A DNA stretch of 38,505 nucleotides from Candidatus Carbonibacillus sp. (GTDB taxonomy: Bacteria; Bacillota; Bacilli; Thermicanales; DSM-22653). How positions within the stretch are numbered: position 1 is the stretch's first letter; every line of letters starts with the position of its first letter. The notes below the pieces were generated by a model, which was not told the origin of the DNA, did no database searches, and worked only from the letters and a program-made list of their open reading frames with translations. Position numbers and translations under genes: made by a program. Below are positions 30,717 through 38,505 of the stretch, one piece after another. Location: positions 1 to 38,505 of the forward strand of contig JAVERJ010000001.1 of the NCBI GenBank assembly GCA_034007185.1, written 5' to 3'.

Positions 30717-30757
30717 GAAGAAGGCGGATATGGTCTTTTTGACCATATCCGTTCTTC
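30717..30757 (-). promoter_or_regulatory. Intercistronic stem-loop between phnD and phnC
   Basis: GGATATGGTC/GACCATATCC perfect 10-bp core, extended to about 17 bp with a 2-nt bulge. There is no clean U-run, so it is more likely an mRNA-stabilising or partial attenuator hairpin than a full terminator. Confidence 0.5.
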
Positions 30758-30792
30758 AATGATAAGTGCCACAAGTGTTTACGCGTTCTAGA

Positions 30793-31719
30793 TTATTTGT
30801 TCATCATTTCGTTCGCTTTGCGGACGACATCAAAGTCGCTGTCTTGGGCTTCGGCATACCCATCATGACTGTAGATATCCTTAATAATTTGTTTGCCTTC
30901 CGGATCTTCAGCGATGGCTAAAAAAGCGTCCTTAATTTTTTGTTTCCATGCCTCTGGCATGTCCGCACGGACAGAGACTGTATCGTTTGGAATGTTTTCT
31001 GTATAAGCGAGAATGCGCGTCTTGTTCATCACATCCGGATCGGTCTTTTCAACGATGGTGCGCGCATCATCGAAACTAACTGCCACATCGACGTCTCCAC
31101 GCAGAAGGGCCAAGATCGCTTTATCATGCCCTCCGGCCATCGTCGCTTGCACATCTGTCTCCGGATCGATGCCGTGTTCTTTTAATACAACCGAAGGATA
31201 GATATAGCCGGATGTCGATTGCGGATCGACAAATGCGACCTTTTTCCCTTTGATATCGTCGATGGATTGAATCGGCGAATCATTTAATACGACAAACTGC
31301 GCACGATACGAATCTGATCCATGACGCAGAGCTTTTAAAAGCACGTCGGCATAGCCTTTTTCTTTTGCAGTCACGTAACCAGCCGGGTTTAAAAAGCCGA
31401 TGTCGGTCTTACCAGAACCCATCGCTTCAATCAAACCATTATAATTTGTAGAGACAAAAACTTTTACCGGTACGCCAAGCTGATCGGAAAGCAATTTGGC
31501 AAGCGGTTCAGCTTTTGCTTCTAAATTCTCTGCTTCCTGAGAAGGAACAAAACCTACGGTAAGCTGTGTGATGGTTGGTTCTTGTTGAGCCTGATCCGTC
31601 GAAGCGGCGTTGTCCGATGTTCCTCCACCCGTCGATGTGTTATCCGTTTTCCCCCCACAAGCTGCCATAGCAACGAGTAAAACGAGCGCTAAAGCAAAAA
31701 AACTCCAGCGTTTGAACAA
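30793..31719 (-). CDS. phnD: Phosphonate/phosphite ABC transporter substrate-binding lipoprotein PhnD
   Basis: Lipobox LVAMAACGG. PhnD signatures VGFVPSQEAE, TNYNGLIEAMGSGKTDIGFLNP, DPQSTSGYIYP. Confidence 0.88.
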   Translation of the reverse strand: MFKRWSFFALALVLLVAMAACGGKTDNTSTGGGTSDNAASTDQAQQEPTITQLTVGFVPSQEAENLEAKAEPLAKLLSDQLGVPVKVFVSTNYNGLIEAMGSGKTDIGFLNPAGYVTAKEKGYADVLLKALRHGSDSYRAQFVVLNDSPIQSIDDIKGKKVAFVDPQSTSGYIYPSVVLKEHGIDPETDVQATMAGGHDKAILALLRGDVDVAVSFDDARTIVEKTDPDVMNKTRILAYTENIPNDTVSVRADMPEAWKQKIKDAFLAIAEDPEGKQIIKDIYSHDGYAEAQDSDFDVVRKANEMMNK

Positions 31720-31784
31720 TGCATGTTCCTCCCTTAATCATATTTGTGCACCCCACGGATGCAACTTCTTTACACACGATCATG

Positions 31785-31849
31785 ATTATAGCATAACTTT
31801 GTTAAGAATTCATCAAGGATATTTTAAGATATGATAAAGATTTTGTAAA
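31785..31849 (-). promoter_or_regulatory. PhoP-box array plus -10 element of the phn operon promoter
   Basis: Minus strand TTTACA-aaatc-TTTATC-atatc-TTAAAA-tatcc-TTGATG-aattc-TTAACA-aagttatgc-TATAAT. Five TT(A/T/C)ACA-like hexamers sit at exact 11-bp phasing in place of a -35, and the -10 is the extended form TGcTATAAT. Confidence 0.65.
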
Positions 31850-31924
31850 CGGTATCATAGTTAAAAATGATGGGCTTGATTTGTTCTTCTTATGATAGAA
31901 AGAACTTTATAAGACACCAACACC

Positions 31925-31952
31925 TTGACACCTTGGAGATTTCCACTATAAT
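31925..31952 (+). promoter_or_regulatory. Near-consensus sigma-A promoter for the rhodanese/TauE unit
   Basis: TTGACA (31925-31930), N16, TATAAT (31947-31952). Confidence 0.65.
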
Positions 31953-31968
31953 CATAGTTATAACGATC

Positions 31969-31986
31969 TATACCCCGTATGGTATA
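31969..31986. promoter_or_regulatory. Perfect palindrome TATACC-N6-GGTATA between the promoter and the SD. Candidate operator.
   Basis: TATACCccgtatGGTATA at about +10 to +27 relative to the predicted start site, 2 nt before AAAGGAGG. The ATACC-N6-GGTAT core recurs at 33224-33239. Confidence 0.45.
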
Positions 31987-32002
31987 CAAAGGAGGCGGTA
32001 TC

Positions 32003-32323
32003 ATGTTCGAAAGACGTGTCCGTGTTGAGACAGTAACCCCAGAAGAAGTGAAGCAACGCCTCGAATCAGGTGATGACATCGTTGTACTCGATGTTCGTGA
32101 AGCCATGGAAGTGGCCATGGGAAAGATTCCGGGCGCCAAACATATTCCACTCTCTGAGCTACCCCAACGATTACATGAAATTGATCGAGACAAAGAAACC
32201 ATTCTGGTATGCCGCAGCGGCAACCGCTCACATTTTGCCACCGAATTTTTGGTCCAAAATGGCTTTCCAAAGGTTAAAAATATGCTGGGCGGCATGATCA
32301 GCTGGGATGGAGACATTGAGTAA
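32003..32323 (+). CDS. Single-domain rhodanese (sulfurtransferase). Start moved to the ATG at 32003.
   Basis: VVLDVRE....G.IPGAKHIP and the active-site loop CRSGNRS. The ATG lies 7 nt after AAAGGAGG. Confidence 0.88.
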   Translation: MFERRVRVETVTPEEVKQRLESGDDIVVLDVREAMEVAMGKIPGAKHIPLSELPQRLHEIDRDKETILVCRSGNRSHFATEFLVQNGFPKVKNMLGGMISWDGDIE

Positions 32324-32413
32324 ACCAAAGCATACCGTGTGATCAACGTCAATGGCACGCCCACAGCTCAGGTATGAGCAGTGGGTATCTTTTTTGGGTA
32401 AAGGGGATAAAAA

Positions 32414-33199
32414 ATGACACTCAGCCTAGCCTTAATTCTAACGCTTTTTGCTATCGGCTTTATCGGGTCGTTTATCTCAGGCTTGGTCGGCATCGGCGGT
32501 TCGATCATCAAATACCCCATGCTGCTTTATATTCCCCCGCTCTTGGGTGTCGGCATATACACCGCACAAGAAGTATCGGGGATCAGCGCGGTGCAAGTGT
32601 TTTTTGCGACTTTCTCCGCCGTCTTTGCGCTCCGTAAGTCGGATGTTTTGAACTGGCCTTTGATCGGTTTGATGGGTGTCAGCGTCATCATCGGTAGTTT
32701 TGGCGGCGCTTATGGTAGCAAATTCTTATCCAATGATGACATCAACCTCGTCTATGCCGTGCTGGCGACCATCGCTGCCGTGATGATGTTCGTCCCTAAA
32801 CGCGGTCTCGATGATATCCCTCTTCATGAAGTTCGCTATAATAAAGCCCTGGCCAGCGTATCTGCTTTGATCGTCGGATTGGCCTCTGGCATTGTTGGCG
32901 CTGCCGGCGCTTTTATTCTCGTTCCTGTCATGCTCGTCGTGTTGAAGATTCCTACGCGTATGACGATTGCCACGTCTTTGGCCGTGACGTTTATTTCCTC
33001 CATTGGCGCGACGGTCGGTAAAATCATGGCCGGCCAAGTCCTCTTTTGGGAGTCGCTCATCATGGTTGTCGCAAGCATCCTCGCCGCACCGCTCGGCGCT
33101 CGTTTGAGCGGTAAAGTGCATACTAAAGTGTTGCAGGGGATTTTGGCAGTTCTTATTTTATCAACAGCTATTAAAATATGGCTGGACATTTTGGGATGA
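32414..33199 (+). CDS. TauE/SafE (DUF81) family anion/sulfite exporter-type membrane protein
   Basis: 261 aa, about 8 TM. Internally repeated Gly-rich helices (GLVGIGGSII and GIVGAAGAFILVP) are typical of TauE. Confidence 0.8.
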   Translation: MTLSLALILTLFAIGFIGSFISGLVGIGGSIIKYPMLLYIPPLLGVGIYTAQEVSGISAVQVFFATFSAVFALRKSDVLNWPLIGLMGVSVIIGSFGGAYGSKFLSNDDINLVYAVLATIAAVMMFVPKRGLDDIPLHEVRYNKALASVSALIVGLASGIVGAAGAFILVPVMLVVLKIPTRMTIATSLAVTFISSIGATVGKIMAGQVLFWESLIMVVASILAAPLGARLSGKVHTKVLQGILAVLILSTAIKIWLDILG

Positions 33200-33223
33200 T
33201 ATAGACATTTTGTGACAAGTACG

Positions 33224-33239
33224 ATACCATATGAGGTAT
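33224..33239. promoter_or_regulatory. Second copy of ATACC-N6-GGTAT
   Basis: ATACCatatgaGGTAT. Its right arm is also the 5' arm of the terminator stem at 33235-33263, so the match may be coincidental. Confidence 0.3.
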
Positions 33240-33263
33240 AGGGGTTTTCCCTGTACCTTTTTT
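33235..33263 (+). terminator. Rho-independent terminator after the TauE gene
   Basis: GGTATAGGG-GTTTT-CCCTGTACC (one G-U pair) followed by TTTTTT. Confidence 0.6.
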
Positions 33264-33347
33264 CATAGCCTCTGGCAACTATATCAAAACGACCAAAGGA
33301 GGTGTCCGCGCCATATCGCGCGTTTATGTCACGGTGTGGCGTAAAAA

Positions 33348-33743
33348 ATGAGTGAATTTCATTATACCATGCAAACGTCCAAATCTGTTGATGAAACGCT
33401 TCAAGCGCTAGAACATGCACTCAAAGAGAAACGGTTTGGTATTCTCTGGCAGATGGACATCCCTCACACCTTACAGCAAAAAGGTGTCTCCTATGACGGC
33501 GGTGCTTACCGCGTTCTTGAAGTATGTAACCCCCATGAGGCAAGTCAAGCGCTAGAAACCAATCTGCACGCTGGATATTTTCTGCCCTGTAAAATCGTTG
33601 TATACGAAAGAGACGGGCAAACCCATGTCGGTTTGCCGCGGCCAACCGTATTGATGCACCTTGTAAATGACGCATCGCTGATGGCTTTAGCAGAACGCGT
33701 CGAACAAGCGCTTACAGAAGCCATCCATCGTGCCCTGTCATAA
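33348..33743 (+). CDS. DUF302 domain protein
   Basis: 131 aa. The pattern S.D.T...L...L...GF.IL...D......KG...... Y.VL.VCNP..A...L and LPCK..VYE matches the DUF302 fold family. The SD is weak. Confidence 0.75.
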   Translation: MSEFHYTMQTSKSVDETLQALEHALKEKRFGILWQMDIPHTLQQKGVSYDGGAYRVLEVCNPHEASQALETNLHAGYFLPCKIVVYERDGQTHVGLPRPTVLMHLVNDASLMALAERVEQALTEAIHRALS

Positions 33744-33763
33744 ATCGCTGCCATTAAATCTAA

Positions 33764-33793
33764 AACCCCTCTTGGAACGTTCCAAGAGGGGTT
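33764..33793. terminator. Bidirectional terminator between DUF302 (+) and groEL (-)
   Basis: Perfect 30-nt palindrome AACCCCTCTTGGAAC/GTTCCAAGAGGGGTT, flanked by an A-run (left) and T-rich sequence (right). Confidence 0.75.
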
Positions 33794-33835
33794 GGCTCGT
33801 TATTTGAGCATTCTGGACGCCGGCGCCAGCTTACA

Positions 33836-35500
<1,665 letters not shown>

Positions 35501-35527
35501 TTATAGGCGACGATCGCTTAAGTATGC

Positions 35528-35809
35528 TTACTCGATAATGGCGAGAATATCGGATTCCCGCAGGATCAAGTATTCTTTCTCATCGTATTTGACTTCGGTG
35601 CCGGCGTATTTAGAAAAAATGACGCGGTCACCTTCTTTGACATCGAGCGGGACGCGCTTACCATCTTCCATGCGCCCTTGCCCAACAGCTACTACACGAC
35701 CTTCTTGCGGCTTTTCTTTAGCCGTATCCGGCAGGACGATGCCGCTCGCTGTCTTTTCTTCTTTAGACGCGGGTTCAATGATCACCCGATCACCAAGAGG
35801 ACGTAACAT
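35528..35809 (-). CDS. groES: Co-chaperonin GroES. Start moved to the ATG at 35809.
   Basis: [13 protein letters not shown]...[19 protein letters not shown]. The ATG lies behind GAAGGAGGG. Confidence 0.97.
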   Translation of the reverse strand: MLRPLGDRVIIEPASKEEKTASGIVLPDTAKEKPQEGRVVAVGQGRMEDGKRVPLDVKEGDRVIFSKYAGTEVKYDEKEYLILRESDILAIIE

Positions 35810-35835
35810 GTGTTTTCCCTCCTTCGTCAGTTTCG

Positions 35836-35862
35836 TTAGCACTCACCAGCATCGAGTGCTAA
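35836..35862. promoter_or_regulatory. CIRCE operator (HrcA binding site)
   Basis: Perfect TTAGCACTC-N9-GAGTGCTAA, 27 nt upstream of groES. A possible TTGCAT-N17-TATCAT promoter lies just upstream on the minus strand. Confidence 0.95.
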
Positions 35863-35922
35863 CACCACTACTTATGATAATAGGTTCAACTGTAAAATGC
35901 AAGTGCCTCGATAAAGAATTTT

Positions 35923-36420
35923 TTACACCGTCCGAGGATGTTTACCGACAAGAAGTTCTAACGCTGGTTGAATAAAATCGACAATGGAACTTAAACATAT
36001 TTCTGCTGAACGCGGCGCCCCAGGCAAATTGATAATGAGCGTCGCCTTACGCGTACCGATCACAGCGCGCGTGAAGAGTTCATTGGCCGATATTTGCGAA
36101 GCCCGGCGGCGCATTTCTTCCGCAAACCCCGGAATGACACGGTCAACGATTTGCAGCGTTGCTTCTGGCGTGACATCGCGCGGAGACAAGCCCGTCCCAC
36201 CCGTTGTTATGATGAGATCGACATCTTTGCGTTCGATCATTTCGATCATCGTCTCTTTAATCGTCTCAATCTCATCTGGGACAACCCGATAATCGATGAC
36301 CTCTCCCCCAAAATGTTTGCCAACAATCTCTGTAATAATACCTCGACTTAAATCTTCCCGCTCACCACGTGCACCACGATCACTACACCAGATGATACCT
36401 ACGCGCCACAATGTATTCAT
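35923..36420 (-). CDS. mog: Molybdopterin adenylyltransferase, MogA/MoaB family. Start moved to the ATG at 36420.
   Basis: [16 protein letters not shown]..., [31 protein letters not shown]. These are close to the E. coli MogA motifs. SD AGGGGGCGA. Confidence 0.85.
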   Translation of the reverse strand: MNTLWRVGIIWCSDRGARGEREDLSRGIITEIVGKHFGGEVIDYRVVPDEIETIKETMIEMIERKDVDLIITTGGTGLSPRDVTPEATLQIVDRVIPGFAEEMRRRASQISANELFTRAVIGTRKATLIINLPGAPRSAEICLSSIVDFIQPALELLVGKHPRTV

Positions 36421-36490
36421 TCGCCCCCTGTTATCGCCTACTGACATTCTACTTGTCATCTAGATGCTTTCACTTTTCATTGTATCGAAT

Positions 36491-37105
36491 TTAACAAGGA
36501 ATCTCAAACCAACCGTCGTCGGTCACCACCGCCTGTAGTGGAATATCCCAAGGGGCCCGAGGCAATTCTGGAACCAGCTGGTAATGAAATGCTACACCCA
36601 AGCGAAATGCGCGTTTCATCAGTGGCAACGTGCGATCGTAATACCCACCACCGTAACCAAGCCGCGTGCCGTGACAGTCCACAGCCAAAAGGGGTATGAG
36701 CACGAGATCAACATCATGGAGCGGATAAGGTGCCTCATCCGGTCCAGGGTTCGGTTCGATGAGTCCAAAACGATGTCTTTTTAAGGCGCCCTGCGCATGG
36801 TATGGATAAAAATCAAGCGCTGTATCGCGCGTTTTGATCTTTGGCAATAAGATCAACGGTTTGTCTGAATCATGAGAGGTATCCGAACGAAGCACAGCAC
36901 CAGTCAAAAGTGGGGACACATCGACTTCTTCAGGCATCGGATAAAAAAGAGCGACGACACGTGAGGTTTGCCAAATGCTACTCAGTACGATGTGCTGAAT
37001 AATACGCTCTGAACGCGAGGGGCGTTCAGAAAGATGGGCTTGTCTTTTTTTCATCATCGCCTGGCGCAGTGCTTTTTTAAAGGCACCGACGTCTTCCCCG
37101 TTCAT
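36491..37105 (-). CDS. 5-formyltetrahydrofolate cyclo-ligase
   Basis: 204 aa. N-terminal K.ALRQ....R, the E(V/I)D... motif and GYGGGYYDR are characteristic of MTHFS. Confidence 0.85.
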   Translation of the reverse strand: MNGEDVGAFKKALRQAMMKKRQAHLSERPSRSERIIQHIVLSSIWQTSRVVALFYPMPEEVDVSPLLTGAVLRSDTSHDSDKPLILLPKIKTRDTALDFYPYHAQGALKRHRFGLIEPNPGPDEAPYPLHDVDLVLIPLLAVDCHGTRLGYGGGYYDRTLPLMKRAFRLGVAFHYQLVPELPRAPWDIPLQAVVTDDGWFEIPC

Positions 37106-37157
37106 CTTACGACATCCCTTTCATCCTACGGTTCTCTGTGCGGATATGCCATCAATC

Positions 37158-38505
37158 CTAAAGATGACGACAAACGAAAAGCGGAAAAACAAAAAATAAT
37201 AAACCCATCGCCGCCGCGACCACCCCAGAATCATTGACAAAAAAATTGACCAGACTCACCCCCAATACACCATCAAAAACAGTATGATAAAGCTTTTTAT
37301 GACGGTAAAGCCAGAGCCGATAAACCATACTTATGAAAAAACTGACTAAAAAAACCAGCGAATACGTCGAATATCGAACAAGCTTCCAGTTCATCTGCCA
37401 TTTACGCAGCGCTATCTCCCAAAAAGGTGCCCACCCATCGGCCCATAACCGATCGATCAAGCGTGTGAGATGCGTCGGGGATGTTTCAAAACGGCCGTGC
37501 AAAACGACGAAAAAGCAGAGGAGAACCAACATACCGCCGATAAGAAGACTGCCCTTTATGAAAAAAGGTCGCAGACGACGCGATCGTTGAACCGCTTCTC
37601 CTTTCAAAGACGCTGGTTCAAAAGCGACATACGGGAGAAGCATCAGCCAGGCCAACGTCCCGCCCACATTGCTTCCTAAAAAAGGAGCCGCCAAATAAAC
37701 CAATATAAGCCCATACACCGCCCAAGGGATGAAAGGATGAAGACGCCGACGTTTCAGAAGACCGATGAGCAGCATCCCCAGACCGCTCACATAACCCATC
37801 AATTCATTCCCGATCCCATAATAACGGGCACCGACGAACGGATCGTACCCAAAAACACTGTAACGTATCCAAGAGTCATCTTGAAACTGATTGGCGATTA
37901 AAAAAAGAAAAACGATGAGACTGTACGTGAAAAAAGCACCATATGTGCCGATGCTCTGCCAAAGAAAGAAAAATAACAACGCACTTAAAAACATCCAGCT
38001 GAGATAAGGCGCAGGTGTCTGCCAATGCGCCAGTTCCAATAGACCAGCGTGCCAAAGTGCACCTAAAAAAAGAAGGCTGACGGGACCAACCAAAGCAAAA
38101 ACAATTAATAAACGTATGAGACGAGATAGCACAAAAGAATGGAACGAACGCGGTAACAACCTATAGATTGCGGAAAAGACGAGGGCCAGCGTCGTCACTT
38201 TTAAATAGCCATTTAAGACGGCCGGACGGACACGATGGAGGATAAAGAGACGTTCGAGGGGTGTGAGGCGGCTCGATACATCGCTGGAGATCGTTTCAAT
38301 CTCTGCGCCTTCTAAAAAAGGGGGAGAGGGCAGGCGGTCAGCAAGCTTTTCCCAGGTCGGCAATGCTTGAAAGGACACCAACCATGTCGGCAATAGATCA
38401 ACAGCAGCGACGATGCCCGGCCAACGGGTCGTCGATGAACGGAGATAGCCACCTTGTCCCTCGCCATTCGGACGCCACCAGAAAATGGGTGCCGCATGCC
38501 CCTCT
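37158..38505 (-). CDS. Large polytopic membrane protein of unknown function, 5'-partial (ORF open to the right window edge)
   Basis: The reading frame has no stop from 38393 up to nt 38504. At least 10 hydrophobic segments and a conserved-looking ARYYGIGNELMGY stretch. The edge residues (GYLRSSTTRWPGIVAAVDLLPT) weakly recall the C-terminal end of alkaline-phosphatase-superfamily domains. Confidence 0.6.
   Translation of the reverse strand, partial: EGHAAPIFWWRPNGEGQGGYLRSSTTRWPGIVAAVDLLPTWLVSFQALPTWEKLADRLPSPPFLEGAEIETISSDVSSRLTPLERLFILHRVRPAVLNGYLKVTTLALVFSAIYRLLPRSFHSFVLSRLIRLLIVFALVGPVSLLFLGALWHAGLLELAHWQTPAPYLSWMFLSALLFFFLWQSIGTYGAFFTYSLIVFLFLIANQFQDDSWIRYSVFGYDPFVGARYYGIGNELMGYVSGLGMLLIGLLKRRRLHPFIPWAVYGLILVYLAAPFLGSNVGGTLAWLMLLPYVAFEPASLKGEAVQRSRRLRPFFIKGSLLIGGMLVLLCFFVVLHGRFETSPTHLTRLIDRLWADGWAPFWEIALRKWQMNWKLVRYSTYSLVFLVSFFISMVYRLWLYRHKKLYHTVFDGVLGVSLVNFFVNDSGVVAAAMGLLFFVFPLFVCRHL

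Noticed and set aside
31861-32364. 167-aa minus-strand ORF opposite the rhodanese gene
   Set aside because: It is antisense to a well-supported rhodanese CDS that has a consensus promoter and SD. It would run through that promoter.
33296-33355. Strong SD-like AAAGGAGGTG with a possible 17-codon uORF overlapping the DUF302 start
   Set aside because: The only in-frame GTG overlaps the SD itself, so there is no spacing. The internal ATG is 22 nt away. There is no evidence for translation, and it may simply be leader sequence.
32836-33420. 194-aa minus-strand ORF overlapping the TauE gene and the DUF302 start
   Set aside because: It is antisense to a clear membrane-protein gene and reads through a terminator and an intergenic region. 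No coding-like features.

Overview
This 38.5 kb window looks like a chromosomal segment from a Bacillales-type Firmicute, roughly 50% GC by eye. Almost all of it is transcribed on the minus strand. Gene order closely follows the B. subtilis hprK-lgt-ppaX / uvrBA / minJ-ctpB / ftsEX / yvjA-prfB-secA-hpf / fliT-fliS-fliD-flaG neighbourhood. After that come a membrane GGDEF-EAL protein, a phnDCEE ABC transporter operon with a trailing SAM methyltransferase, and a plus-strand rhodanese/TauE/DUF302 cassette. The window ends with groESL and its CIRCE operator, mog, 5-formyl-THF cyclo-ligase, and a large polytopic membrane protein that runs off the right edge. I found no rRNA, tRNA, CRISPR array or intact mobile element. 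Most of the window is ordinary housekeeping DNA, and I do not see a convincing undescribed multi-gene system. The accessory pieces worth a second look are: (1) the rhodanese/TauE/DUF302 cassette, which carries two ATACC-N6-GGTAT palindromes and has no regulator nearby; (2) the Pho-box-driven phn operon with a co-transcribed methyltransferase; (3) a GGDEF-EAL gene where Bacillus normally has hag, next to a sigma-D promoter, and a late flagellar operon that ends in a DUF327 gene; (4) an orphan PF04392-type binding protein plus GNAT inserted between yvjA and ftsE, behind a structured leader; (5) an insertion of about 83 aa in SecA; (6) a possible transposon-end remnant at the left edge. All family assignments come from reading the supplied translations by eye. 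No database searches were run.
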